Positions 49,323 through 59,244 of a stretch of 64,000 nt of DNA are shown here, piece after piece (the stretch's first letter is position 1; every line of letters starts with the position of its first letter). This stretch comes from Bacteroidia bacterium (lineage in GTDB: Bacteria > Bacteroidota > Bacteroidia > NS11-12g > UBA9320), in NCBI GenBank assembly GCA_020849295.1, contig JADLGN010000009.1, positions 51,705-115,704 of the forward strand. The letters are read 5' to 3'. The notes under the pieces are model-generated. The model saw nothing but the letters and a program-made list of their open reading frames with translations, was not told the DNA's origin and did not search any database. A program made the position numbers and the translations under genes.

Positions 49323-51119
49323 TTGATAAAATCACGACATTCATACCTTATTGTATCTGCAATTTTTATTTTTGCTATAGTTTTTCATTCATGCAAAAAA
49401 TCAAGGAAACTTGAAACTACTATTAATGTTGAGGAACTAATTAAAGGTTTAGACCATTCAAAACTTTCTCAGCTATTGGTATATAAGGCTAAAAACAGCA
49501 ACTATAAACCACCCGGAGTAAAATACACAGAACATGCCGATACACTTAATTACTTTTATATAGAAAATGAAGGCGAACCGGTATGGCTCGGTTTATTAAA
49601 AGATTCTATTTTCAGAATTAAACTTATTGAAATTTTAAATTCTTCAGAAAAGCACGGGCTTAAATCATCATATTATAATACAAAAATCATAGAAAAGTAT
49701 TTGATGAAATTTGATAGTTTGAATGAGATTAGAACAAATGAAGATTATAATTTTTTATCAGACCTTGATTACACAATTTCTTTATCAGTTATAAGTCTTT
49801 ATTCAGACTTGGCGTTGGGACATATTAATCCATATAAATTTTACAAACCAAACTATACTCTTATTTCGTCCAAATCAATTAATTTTAATATTTTTTCGGT
49901 ATTATATCATCCTTTTTCTTTTGGTGACTCAATAGCTATAAAATCTCCTTGCAGTATTAGATATCATACATTACAGTTGATTTATCAAAATTATCTCGAT
50001 TACATTAATAACAATAACATTTTAGATTATGATACTTCTTTAAATGGAAATTCAGAACATAATATAAAAGTAATAGATCAAAGGCTCGATTTGCTATGGA
50101 ACACTTTAAATAAAATAGAGCAAAAACCTTTAGTAAATATAACTGCAAACAGAGAGAAGCTAATTTCAAAAACAAGAATAATGTATGGATTGCCGGCAGG
50201 GAAAACTGACTCAATATTTATTGAAAGATTTTACAAACCAGCCAATGAATTAACAGATGAAATATTAAGCAATCTTGAGCAGGAAAGATGGTTTTCAATA
50301 CCGGACACCGGACAGTTTGTATTAGTAAGGCTTACGCAATACATTGCCGAAATACACACAGACAGTGTAAGACAAATGAAAGTATGTATAGGAAAAAATA
50401 AAGCAATAGATTTCGACGAAAAATATAAGCGATATTTAAAAACTAAAAATTATTTACAAAAGCCCATAAATACTGAAACACCAATAATTCAAGGATATTT
50501 GAGCGAAATAGTTATTAATCCTACTTGGACTGTCCCAAATAGTATTATTGGTAAAGAAATGTATTCAAAAATATTGAGTAATCCTGATTACTTAACCAAC
50601 AAAGGATATGAAGTTTTGTTGAATGGCAAAGTTATTTCGCCACGCAGTTTGAATTGGAATAAATACAGTCCTTATAATGTTCCTGTAAAAATTAGACAAA
50701 AATCAGGAACAACTAATTCTCTAGGAATTTTAAAGTTTAATTTCCCAAATGCTTTTAATATCTATATGCATGATACCCCCGAAAAAAATAAATTTAATAA
50801 TACAAATAGAGCAGTAAGCCATGGTTGTATAAGGCTGCATAAGCCAGTAAAGATGGCTGAAATATTATTGAACATACAGTCAGATTCATCACTTACTGAT
50901 AAACTCAGACTAAAACTTGGACTACAGCCTTATGATACTTCTCTTCATGTAGTTGATTCATTATTAAAACCAATTAAGAACACAGAGTCAATTAAACTAA
51001 AAAAACAAATACCAGTATATTTATATTATCGCACAATAAATGTTGAAAGAAATGGAAATATAAGTTTTAATCATGACATTTATAAGCGAAACAAAGCAAT
51101 TGCAAAAAAATTAAAATAA
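49323..51119 (+). CDS. L,D-transpeptidase (YcbB/YkuD family) with N-terminal peptidoglycan-binding-like region
   Basis: Canonical YkuD active site HDTPE...SHGCIRL near the C-terminus; 598 aa with a membrane anchor or signal. Confidence 0.8.
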   Translation: MIKSRHSYLIVSAIFIFAIVFHSCKKSRKLETTINVEELIKGLDHSKLSQLLVYKAKNSNYKPPGVKYTEHADTLNYFYIENEGEPVWLGLLKDSIFRIKLIEILNSSEKHGLKSSYYNTKIIEKYLMKFDSLNEIRTNEDYNFLSDLDYTISLSVISLYSDLALGHINPYKFYKPNYTLISSKSINFNIFSVLYHPFSFGDSIAIKSPCSIRYHTLQLIYQNYLDYINNNNILDYDTSLNGNSEHNIKVIDQRLDLLWNTLNKIEQKPLVNITANREKLISKTRIMYGLPAGKTDSIFIERFYKPANELTDEILSNLEQERWFSIPDTGQFVLVRLTQYIAEIHTDSVRQMKVCIGKNKAIDFDEKYKRYLKTKNYLQKPINTETPIIQGYLSEIVINPTWTVPNSIIGKEMYSKILSNPDYLTNKGYEVLLNGKVISPRSLNWNKYSPYNVPVKIRQKSGTTNSLGILKFNFPNAFNIYMHDTPEKNKFNNTNRAVSHGCIRLHKPVKMAEILLNIQSDSSLTDKLRLKLGLQPYDTSLHVVDSLLKPIKNTESIKLKKQIPVYLYYRTINVERNGNISFNHDIYKRNKAIAKKLK

Positions 51120-51124
51120 AAAAT

Positions 51125-51150
51125 TACCCTGCACTTTTAGGTACAGGGTA
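51125..51150. terminator. bidirectional stem-loop (TACCCTGcac-ttttag-gtaCAGGGTA) between convergent genes
   Basis: 7-bp GC-containing inverted repeat, extendable to 9 bp with one mismatch, flanked by T-runs when read from the minus strand. Lies between the L,D-transpeptidase and caspase-like gene ends. Confidence 0.5.
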
Positions 51151-51183
51151 GTAATCAAAAAAAAACGAGCAATTAATTTTTTA

Positions 51184-53193
51184 TTAATCTACAATTTTAA
51201 ATGTAATTGAATATACGTTTGCACTACCTTGTGGAACATTAGGCATAGCAGGACCTCTTGACCCCGAAGATTTAAATGTTTCAGCAAATAAAGCAGAAAA
51301 CGGACTATCGTTTTCGCCTCTGCTTCCAGAGCCTCTAGTACTTATTATACTTGACAAATCCAAGGGTTTTTCGGTAGCAATAATTTTAAAAACTTCATTT
51401 CCTGTTGGTGGATAAAAAACAACTATATCATCATCGCCTAGCTCTTTACTCTCTCCTCTTTTTATAAAATAATCGTTAGCTGTTCTCCCTGTTTCTGCAT
51501 TAGGTACCACTAGATTTATTTTATTGTCAGGTTGAATATCTATTATAGTAAAGTACAAATCTTTTGTACCGTTATTTGTTACTTTAATTTTGAATGCTTC
51601 TCCGGCTTTAATAATTAATACTCCTGACGAATCATATTTTGTTTTTATATCACCTCTTGATTTTTCGACAATTTTATCGCCATTTTCGGTAGTTTCAATC
51701 GGAATGAACTCAAATTTTACATCAAGTTTTGCATCACTCACCTCCAGACCTCTTATATAATTTGCCTGACTGTAATCTTTTATTTTTGAAATTATACTTT
51801 CTGTAGTTACTTCAATATTGCTGTTTACAGTTTCGTCAAGTAGTACATAATCAGAATTTGAAGTGATTTTAATCTGCGACCCCCTGCTGTGCTTATTGCC
51901 TTCATCAATTATCAAATCTGCTCCTTCGTTTACAATAGTAATAAACGGATATTTTTTCAATTCTTCGTTTATAGAGTTTTTCAAGCTAGCATTACTTACC
52001 TCCATTTTAACTTTCAAACTAATTTTACCATAATTTTTTTCAGTTACATATATCCAAGAATTTAATGCTGTATTTTTATCTAAAGGATTATCAAGTGTAA
52101 CTTCGGCATTTGTTAGTCCTGCTGAGGTAATTTTGCCTGTTGCTTTTGGTTTTGCTTTTGAAAAGTCTTTTATGTCTATGTCATAAAACGCAACTTTCGT
52201 ATTAGCATATAATCCAAGTAATTCGCCTCCATTTATAGTTACAGTTTTATCACTTTTCCATTTCTCAACCTTATAATACTCTGTTTTACCATTAATTTTT
52301 CCACCTAAAATTGTATAATCAAGTTGACCTTCTGCCTGTGGAGTTTGACGTGGGGCAAAACCACTCATTTCTACTTTTATTTTGTCAAATATTCCTCTAT
52401 ATGTAGAATTTTTTCCTGCATTTGAAAATACTCTACTGAAGGCATAACTCAACGAACCAACACCGTTATGGTTTTCATCTTCTGTTTCATAATTAAGTTC
52501 ATTTGGGCTTGCTCCGAAAAAACTAACCATAGAAGCCATTTTATCTGTTGAACCTGAATTTGAAACTATTGAATTTTTTTCTCCATTATTATTTCCTTTT
52601 GGCGAATATCCTTCAGGGGCACAAGGTTTATCGCTTCCCCTGTGTTTTTTTATTCCATCTCCTCTGGTACCTGTTCCAGAATGGCAAGCATCAAGTATTA
52701 CCATTACGTTTCCTTTTGCTCCAAGTTTTTTTCTTAACTCATCCATTTTGGCACCAAGCTCTTCATCTCTAAGGTGATTTTCTCCTTCATATATTCCTTT
52801 TTGATAACGCATGTTGGCATTGTATGATACAAGTGCTTCATCATATCCGTCAATTTCATCGCCATTGTTATCAATTACTTGCTGCCCATGTCCTGAATAA
52901 TGAAAAACTGCAATTCCATCTTTGGTTGATTTAGCAATTAGGTGCTCATTTATTGCTTTCAAAATTCCGTCTTTAGTTGCTTGTGCATCTCTAATTACAA
53001 GTATATCTTTTTCAGAAAAGCCTTGTTTAATCAATGCAGCTTTTATTAGTGGCACATCATTTTGAGAACTAATATTTGACCATCCTGTGCTTGGATCATA
53101 GTTGCCTATTGCTACTATGAGTGCTATTTTACTTTGAGCCTGAGCATAAGCCACTATGAGCATAACTCCCATTAAAATCATTAACTTTTTCAT
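51184..53193 (-). CDS. secreted caspase-family (peptidase C14) protein with a ~400-aa C-terminal beta-rich extension
   Basis: Signal peptide (MKKLMILMGVMLIVAYAQAQ), catalytic His (FHYSGHG) and Cys (ILDACHSG) dyad in caspase spacing. The C-terminal domain is unassigned. Confidence 0.8.
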   Translation of the reverse strand: MKKLMILMGVMLIVAYAQAQSKIALIVAIGNYDPSTGWSNISSQNDVPLIKAALIKQGFSEKDILVIRDAQATKDGILKAINEHLIAKSTKDGIAVFHYSGHGQQVIDNNGDEIDGYDEALVSYNANMRYQKGIYEGENHLRDEELGAKMDELRKKLGAKGNVMVILDACHSGTGTRGDGIKKHRGSDKPCAPEGYSPKGNNNGEKNSIVSNSGSTDKMASMVSFFGASPNELNYETEDENHNGVGSLSYAFSRVFSNAGKNSTYRGIFDKIKVEMSGFAPRQTPQAEGQLDYTILGGKINGKTEYYKVEKWKSDKTVTINGGELLGLYANTKVAFYDIDIKDFSKAKPKATGKITSAGLTNAEVTLDNPLDKNTALNSWIYVTEKNYGKISLKVKMEVSNASLKNSINEELKKYPFITIVNEGADLIIDEGNKHSRGSQIKITSNSDYVLLDETVNSNIEVTTESIISKIKDYSQANYIRGLEVSDAKLDVKFEFIPIETTENGDKIVEKSRGDIKTKYDSSGVLIIKAGEAFKIKVTNNGTKDLYFTIIDIQPDNKINLVVPNAETGRTANDYFIKRGESKELGDDDIVVFYPPTGNEVFKIIATEKPLDLSSIISTRGSGSRGENDSPFSALFAETFKSSGSRGPAMPNVPQGSANVYSITFKIVD

Positions 53194-53219
53194 TTTTATT
53201 TTTTTTTTTTTTAAAACTA

Positions 53220-54692
53220 TTAGTAGTAAATAGTTGATTTAAGAACTGAACTATTACCTGATAAATGCTGGCGGTACAACTGAGCTTGTGCAGATGGATT
53301 ACTTGCATCTGTAATATAATAATCAAACACTCCGCTAAGACTGCTATATCTTATTGCAGCACCAAGTTCAGATAATTTTAAAACTTTCCACATATTTGGA
53401 TTGCTTTCGTTATATATTCCACCACATAATACAAAATATGTTTTACCCTTATATTCTCCTCTTTGATTTTTAAATCTCTTTTCGCCCTCTGAATACTGAT
53501 ATTGATTTCCACCTTCACTATAATCAAATGCTACTTGTCCATAAGAAGTATTTAATGAAACTCCTGGTATTTGTGTCAATACATAGGTAGCAATTGTTTC
53601 AAGTTCTGATTGTTTTAGCTCTCCAGCAGTAAAACTTACTGTTTCAGTTGTCCCAGAGGCTGACTTAAGTACAAGCGTAACTTTTGTATTTGGATTTATT
53701 TTTTCAAATTCACCAAGTACCTCTTCTACATTTCTAACTTCTACACCATTAACTTTAGTTACAAAATAACCAATTTTTGAACTTAAAGCACTATATGCAT
53801 TGCTTTCGGGTATAACACCATAAATTTTTGCTGCTTCGTCTTTAATATAATAATTTTGTCCATCAACATCATACGCTTGTGCTACTTCAATACCAAGGTA
53901 AGCACGTTTTACTCTGCCATTATTTGCAAATACATCTTTTATTATTTTTTCGGTAATTTTTGGCTCAAGCGAAAAATTTATTTGCTGTTGCAAAACCTGA
54001 CTACCATCAGGAGCAGTTGCAAATGCTATTTGAGAGTTCACACCCACAACTTCACCTTTTTCATTAATCAATGGTCCGCCACTATTTCCCCAAATAATTG
54101 TTGCTGTGTGTTGCAAAAATCCGAATTTACCCGTAAGACCTCCTCTTGCACGATTTTTTGCACTAATAATACCATCAGTTACTGTATAAGGATATGTGCC
54201 TAATGGATTTCCTATTGCATATACTTTGTCTCCTATTTTTGGCTCAGATTTTGTAAAATCTACATAATCTATTTCTGACCCAGGAGTTGTTACAAATTCA
54301 AGAATTGCAAGATCGTAAAATGAATCTCCGCCTAATACTCTTACTTCATATTTTGTTTGATTGATAGAAAAAACATAAATACTTCCGCTTGAAGTTGATG
54401 CTGATTCTATAACGTGAGCATTTGTTACTACATAATACTTCCCGTTTCTTTTAATAATAAACCCAGAACCGCTTCCTTTTGCATTTGATAAGTCAAGGGC
54501 TTTCCTGTATGCCTCTTCAGAAACTTCACCTCTCATACCAAGAGTCATTTTGCCATAAGGCTCTGTTTGATAAACTGCAACTGTAACTACTGCCGCAAGG
54601 CATTTGTCTAATACTGCTGATGCACTTTGTGCAAATGATGATACTACTAAACTAAGTAGCGCTAATGATGTTAAAATTGTACGTCTCATTTT
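53220..54692 (-). CDS. secreted trypsin-like serine peptidase (S1 family, DegP/HtrA-like protease domain) with C-terminal extension
   Basis: Signal peptide MRRTILTSLALLSLVVSSFAQ, catalytic His (VTNAHV) and Ser (GNSGGPL). Start trimmed from the ORF-track 54779. A 26-bp T-run separates it from the caspase-like gene. Confidence 0.8.
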   Translation of the reverse strand, partial: KMRRTILTSLALLSLVVSSFAQSASAVLDKCLAAVVTVAVYQTEPYGKMTLGMRGEVSEEAYRKALDLSNAKGSGSGFIIKRNGKYYVVTNAHVIESASTSSGSIYVFSINQTKYEVRVLGGDSFYDLAILEFVTTPGSEIDYVDFTKSEPKIGDKVYAIGNPLGTYPYTVTDGIISAKNRARGGLTGKFGFLQHTATIIWGNSGGPLINEKGEVVGVNSQIAFATAPDGSQVLQQQINFSLEPKITEKIIKDVFANNGRVKRAYLGIEVAQAYDVDGQNYYIKDEAAKIYGVIPESNAYSALSSKIGYFVTKVNGVEVRNVEEVLGEFEKINPNTKVTLVLKSASGTTETVSFTAGELKQSELETIATYVLTQIPGVSLNTSYGQVAFDYSEGGNQYQYSEGEKRFKNQRGEYKGKTYFVLCGGIYNESNPNMWKVLKLSELGAAIRYSSLSGVFDYYITDASNPSAQAQLYRQHLSGNSSVLKSTIYY

Positions 54693-54802
54693 TTTGTTTT
54701 TTTTATTTTTTTTAGGTAATACTTTTAAAATATAGAAGGTAAATAATATGACAAAATAAGTATTTTTTTTATTAATCATTTTAAAATTTTACTTAACTAT
54801 AT

Positions 54803-55528
54803 TTGTATGCAAATCAAATGCTAAAATTTTTAACTTCAATATTATTTATATTATTTTCATTTTGTGTATTTTCACAACCGATTGCAAGTTTCGAAAAAAA
54901 ACAAATTGATTTTGGAACAGTAACAGAAGGGACAATATGTAAATATACATTTAAGTTTAGAAATACAGGCAATAAACCATTAATTATTTACAAAGTTGAT
55001 GTTACATGTGGATGCACAACTCCAAGGTGGTCATCTCCTATAAAACCTGGCGATACATCTTCTGTTTACGTTGAACTTAATACAAGTTTTAAAACCGGTT
55101 ATTTGGCAAAAGGAGTAAATCTTACTGTAAATGCTGATGACCCTGAAGTAAACTTAGTATTAATAGCCAATGTTGTTCCTGACACTAATTTTAAAACTAA
55201 AATTGATTCTGTTACTTATTTCCCTATAAAAACAATATGCTACAAATCTTTATGTCAAATTGAAATTTCATTAAATAATCTACATAAGAAAAAATTTAAA
55301 GGCGATGTTGAAAATGCAGAAAATCTTGTTAAATATATTTTAAGAAAACAAAATTACCAAGTGCTTAGTAATATTTGGTATAGTTCAAATTCTGATTTTG
55401 TACAGATAAATACAACAAATGAAGATTATAACTTAATTTTAGCAAAAACGCTTTACAAAGAACTTAAATCTAAATGCAGAATAAAACGATTACAGAAAAA
55501 AATGAAAAGAACTAAATGGTCGAATTAA
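54803..55528 (+). CDS. DUF1573-domain protein (secreted, Bacteroidota-specific Ig-like domain)
   Basis: Signal peptide plus the DUF1573 signature (IDFGTVTEGT...YKVDVTCGCTTP). Confidence 0.7.
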   Translation: MYANQMLKFLTSILFILFSFCVFSQPIASFEKKQIDFGTVTEGTICKYTFKFRNTGNKPLIIYKVDVTCGCTTPRWSSPIKPGDTSSVYVELNTSFKTGYLAKGVNLTVNADDPEVNLVLIANVVPDTNFKTKIDSVTYFPIKTICYKSLCQIEISLNNLHKKKFKGDVENAENLVKYILRKQNYQVLSNIWYSSNSDFVQINTTNEDYNLILAKTLYKELKSKCRIKRLQKKMKRTKWSN

Positions 55529-56313
55529 TTTCAAGTTTTAAGAATCCATTAATAAAAAATATAAATAAACTTAGTAAATCAAAAGAAAGAAAAGAACAAA
55601 ATCTTATTACTATCGAAGGTTTAAGAGAATGTTATCATGCTATTCATTCGGGATTTAATATAAAAAAAATCATTTTTTGCAGCAAACATATTAGCGAAAT
55701 CAACTTAAAAGACAAACTTAAAATTTCTAATGAATTAAATATTACAGATGTTTCTCCTGAGGTATTTGATTCACTTGTTTATCGCAAGGGAATTGAAAAT
55801 TGCTTAGCAATCGCAGAACCTGTTTTCTATACTTTTCAAAATTTAAATTTACCATCAAATCCTCTTATATTAATTATAGATTCGGTTGAAAAACCTGGCA
55901 ATATGGGTGCTATGTTGCGTACTTGTGATGCTGCCGGAACTGATGCAGTAATAGTTACAGACAGCGTAACAGATTTGTACAACCCAAATTGTATAAGAGC
56001 AAGTCTTGGGGCTGTTTTTACCCAAAAAATAATTTTATCATCTGTTGGCGAATGTATTGATTGGTTAAAATCAAATAAAATTTCAACTTATTTAACTTAT
56101 TTGGATTCATCTGACTTTTATTATAAACACAATTTCACTTCTGCAAGTGCAATTGTTGTTGGCTCAGAAGCAAATGGAATCAATAAAAAATGGCTCGAAC
56201 ACAATTTTAATTGTATAAAAATTCCACAAAAAGGTGCTATAGATTCTATGAACGTTTCAAACTCTGCTTCAGTTATACTTTATGAAGCAATAAGGCAAAG
56301 AAATATAGAATAA
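55516..56313 (+). CDS. TrmH/SpoU-family RNA 2'-O-methyltransferase (RlmB-like)
   Basis: SPOUT motifs (VEKPGNMGAMLRTCDAAG; IPQKGAIDSMNVSNSASVILYE). Confidence 0.8.
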   Translation: MVELISSFKNPLIKNINKLSKSKERKEQNLITIEGLRECYHAIHSGFNIKKIIFCSKHISEINLKDKLKISNELNITDVSPEVFDSLVYRKGIENCLAIAEPVFYTFQNLNLPSNPLILIIDSVEKPGNMGAMLRTCDAAGTDAVIVTDSVTDLYNPNCIRASLGAVFTQKIILSSVGECIDWLKSNKISTYLTYLDSSDFYYKHNFTSASAIVVGSEANGINKKWLEHNFNCIKIPQKGAIDSMNVSNSASVILYEAIRQRNIE

Positions 56314-56317
56314 CCGA

Positions 56318-57130
56318 TTAAATACCCATAGAATTAAGCACTTCTTCGCTTGCTCCGGTAAATGAATATCCGCCATCGTGAAAAAGATTTTGCATTGTTA
56401 CCATTTTTGTATAATCAGAAAACATTACAACACAATACTCTGCACACTCATCGGCAGATGCATTTCCAAGTGGCGACATTTTTTCTGAATAACTCAAAAA
56501 CGAATCAAAACCGCCAACACCAGAACCTGCTGATGTAAATGTAGGAGATTGTGAAATTGTATTAATTCTTACCTTTTTCTTTTTACCATAATGAAATCCC
56601 ATACTTCTTGTTATAGATTCAAGCAAGGCTTTAGTATCTGCCATTTCATTGTAATTAGGAAATACTCTTTGTGCAGCAATATAAGTAAGTGCAACTACGC
56701 TTGACCATTCTTTCAATGCGTCTAAATTATAACATGTTTGAAGTAGCCTATGAAATGAAATTGCAGATACATCCAAAGTTTTTTTCATAAGTTCATAGTC
56801 AAGTTCAGTATAAGAATGTTTTTTTCTAATATTAAAACTCATACCGACCGAATGTAAAATAAAATCTAATTTACCACCCAACTTTTGCATTGATTGTTCA
56901 ATCAGATTTTTCATATCATCATCAACACTAACATCACATGGTATAATTTCCGAACCTGTCTTTTGAGCTAATTCATTAATAGTACCCATTCGCAAAGCAA
57001 TAGGTGCGTTAGTCAAAACAAAACTGGCACCTGCTTCATTGCATTTTTCGGCTACTTTCCATGCAATAGAACGTTCATCAAGTGCTCCAAAAATAATTCC
57101 TCTTTTACCTTCAAGAATTTTGTAATTCAT
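56318..57130 (-). CDS. fabI: enoyl-[acyl-carrier-protein] reductase FabI (NADH)
   Basis: N-terminal LEGKRGIIFG...SIAWKVAEK dinucleotide-binding pattern and the catalytic Y-x6-K (YIAAQRVFPNYNEMADTKALLE), which matches FabI rather than generic SDRs. Confidence 0.8.
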   Translation of the reverse strand: MNYKILEGKRGIIFGALDERSIAWKVAEKCNEAGASFVLTNAPIALRMGTINELAQKTGSEIIPCDVSVDDDMKNLIEQSMQKLGGKLDFILHSVGMSFNIRKKHSYTELDYELMKKTLDVSAISFHRLLQTCYNLDALKEWSSVVALTYIAAQRVFPNYNEMADTKALLESITRSMGFHYGKKKKVRINTISQSPTFTSAGSGVGGFDSFLSYSEKMSPLGNASADECAEYCVVMFSDYTKMVTMQNLFHDGGYSFTGASEEVLNSMGI

Positions 57131-57190
57131 TCTGCAATTTTAAGTAATTGTTCACTTAAATTAAAATTTTTGATTGAATAAAGTTGATAA

Positions 57191-58219
57191 TTGGTAAATT
57201 TGAATTTTTTAATGAAGAAAAAAACTGAAGCTGAACGAAAATCAGAACATATAAAACTTGCATTAAAGTCTCAAATTTCTGAAGCAGATACACGATTTTA
57301 TTATGAACCTGCAATTAATTGCAATATAAACGAAACAGATATTTCTGTAGAATTTTTGAATTACAAATTTGGTGCTCCTATTTGGGTATCGAGTATGACG
57401 GGCGGAACAGCAAATGCAAATAAAATTAATAATAATCTGGCTCTGGCTTGCAAAAAGTATAATCTTGGTATAGGGCTTGGCTCTTGCAGGTCTTTGCTTT
57501 ATAGTGATGAATTTCTTAATGATTTTAATCTGAGAAAAATTGCAGGAGATAATGCTGTAATTTTTGCAAATCTTGGCATTGCTCAAGTTGAACAATTGTT
57601 AATTTCAGATAAACTAAATAAAATAAGCGAACTTATAGATAAAACCAACACAAATGGCTTGATTATTCATATTAATCCTCTTCAAGAATGGCTTCAACCG
57701 GAGGGTGATAAAATATCTTTAAATCCATTTCATACTATTTCTGAAGTTCTCAATAAAAAAGATATTAATATTATTGTAAAAGAAGTTGGTCAGGGAATAG
57801 GTCCTGAAAGTATTAAAAAACTTATGGAATTACCTCTAAAAGCAATTGAGTTTGGAGCATTGGGAGGAACAAATTTTTCTCAAATTGAAATATCCAGAAA
57901 TGACAATATTCTAAAAAGTGAATTTACTCCTGTTACCAAAGTAGGTCATACTGCAATTGAAATGGTTGATTTTGTAAATAATTTGACCAAAAATAAAAAC
58001 TTCAAACCTTTGTGTAACAATTTTATTATTTCAGGTGGAATAAAAGGATTTTTAGATGGCTATTACCTGACTTCAAAAATTAATTCACCTTCAATTTATG
58101 CTCATGCTTCCGGATTTTTGAAGTATGCTCAACTTGATTTTGAAAACTTATGCAATTATATCGAAACTCAAATTTCAGGATTAAAAATGGCTAAAACATT
58201 ACTTGTTCCCAGATTTTAA
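57191..58219 (+). CDS. fni: type 2 isopentenyl-diphosphate delta-isomerase (FMN-dependent)
   Basis: TIM-barrel IDI-2 motifs (RKSEHIKL, WVSSMTGGT, GALGGTNF); 342 aa. Confidence 0.8.
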   Translation: MVNLNFLMKKKTEAERKSEHIKLALKSQISEADTRFYYEPAINCNINETDISVEFLNYKFGAPIWVSSMTGGTANANKINNNLALACKKYNLGIGLGSCRSLLYSDEFLNDFNLRKIAGDNAVIFANLGIAQVEQLLISDKLNKISELIDKTNTNGLIIHINPLQEWLQPEGDKISLNPFHTISEVLNKKDINIIVKEVGQGIGPESIKKLMELPLKAIEFGALGGTNFSQIEISRNDNILKSEFTPVTKVGHTAIEMVDFVNNLTKNKNFKPLCNNFIISGGIKGFLDGYYLTSKINSPSIYAHASGFLKYAQLDFENLCNYIETQISGLKMAKTLLVPRF

Positions 58220-59244
58220 GATTTTAAATTTCTTATAAATTCATACTTTATCAAACAAATAATTTTTCTGCTCACTTTATTATCTCCAATAGTAATTCTA
58301 ACTGCATTAGGTTGCCCAAAAACTTTCATATCACAAATAATAATATTGTTTTGAGCAAGAACATTATAAAAACAATCTTTTTCTTTTTCGCTGTCAAACC
58401 ATAAATATATAAAATTTGCCTGACTTGGAAATATATTTAATCCTAATTTTACAAAATTTTCATATAGATACTTCAAATTTATTCTATTTTTCTCCCTTGA
58501 ATTTTCAATAAAATTATCATCTTCAATAGAAGCTATTGCTGCTGCTTCTGCAATTGTATTGAGCGTAAAAGGCAACATTTTTGATGACATTTTTACAATA
58601 TTTTTTTCATCTGCTATACCAAATCCGACACGAATCCCTGCAATTCCATAAATTTTAGATAATGAGTGTAAAATAATTAGATTTTTATATTTTTCCTGTA
58701 ATTTTATTGAATCCGGAAAATTGTCATCGAATACGTATTCAGAATATGCTTCATCGATTGCTACAATTATTTCTGGTGAAATTTCTGATAAAAAACTTTC
58801 AAGCTCATTATGTGAAATAATTGTACCTGTCGGATTATTAGGATTTGCAATAAAAATAAGTTTAGTTTTTTTATTAATTAATGGTAACAATTTTTTTGGA
58901 TCACACCTGCCATTATCAAGTTTTGCCATAACACATTTCTTATTATGAAACGAGCATAGTTGTTTGTATGCAACAAAACTATTGTCAAAAATCAGTACTT
59001 CTTCATCATCTTTTACAAAGGTTAAAATTAAATTTTCTATTATTCGAACCGAGCCTGCTCCTATTATCAATTTATTAGCCGAAATATTATATTTATTGGC
59101 TAATACTTCCTTTAATTTTAGTGGAGCATTTGGATAAAGGCTTATGTTTTCTGTTTGTGAATTAATTGCTTTAAATACATTTGGCGAGCAACCATAAAAA
59201 TTCTCATTTGCCGAAAGTCTTACATTTATTATATTTCTTTTCAT
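58216..59244 (-). CDS. PLP-dependent aminotransferase, HisC (histidinol-phosphate/aromatic aminotransferase) family
   Basis: LSANENFYGCSP near the N-terminus and the PLP lysine region HSLSKIYGIAGIRVGFG; 342 aa. Last gene of the redox operon. Confidence 0.7.
   Translation of the reverse strand: MKRNIINVRLSANENFYGCSPNVFKAINSQTENISLYPNAPLKLKEVLANKYNISANKLIIGAGSVRIIENLILTFVKDDEEVLIFDNSFVAYKQLCSFHNKKCVMAKLDNGRCDPKKLLPLINKKTKLIFIANPNNPTGTIISHNELESFLSEISPEIIVAIDEAYSEYVFDDNFPDSIKLQEKYKNLIILHSLSKIYGIAGIRVGFGIADEKNIVKMSSKMLPFTLNTIAEAAAIASIEDDNFIENSREKNRINLKYLYENFVKLGLNIFPSQANFIYLWFDSEKEKDCFYNVLAQNNIIICDMKVFGQPNAVRITIGDNKVSRKIICLIKYEFIRNLKS

Noticed and set aside
54692-54779. ORF-track N-terminal extension of the trypsin-like protease (MINKKNTYFVILFTFYILKVLPKKNKKNKK)
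   Set aside because: The internal start MRRTILTSLALLSLVVSSFAQ is a canonical signal peptide. The extension runs through a poly-T/A intergenic tract and is not plausible coding sequence.
54803-55528. DUF1573 protein next to the caspase/trypsin pair considered as a possible gasdermin-like protease substrate
   Set aside because: The sequence carries the well-known DUF1573 Ig-like signature (VTCGCT), not a gasdermin fold. All three proteins have signal peptides, which is inconsistent with a cytoplasmic cell-death module.
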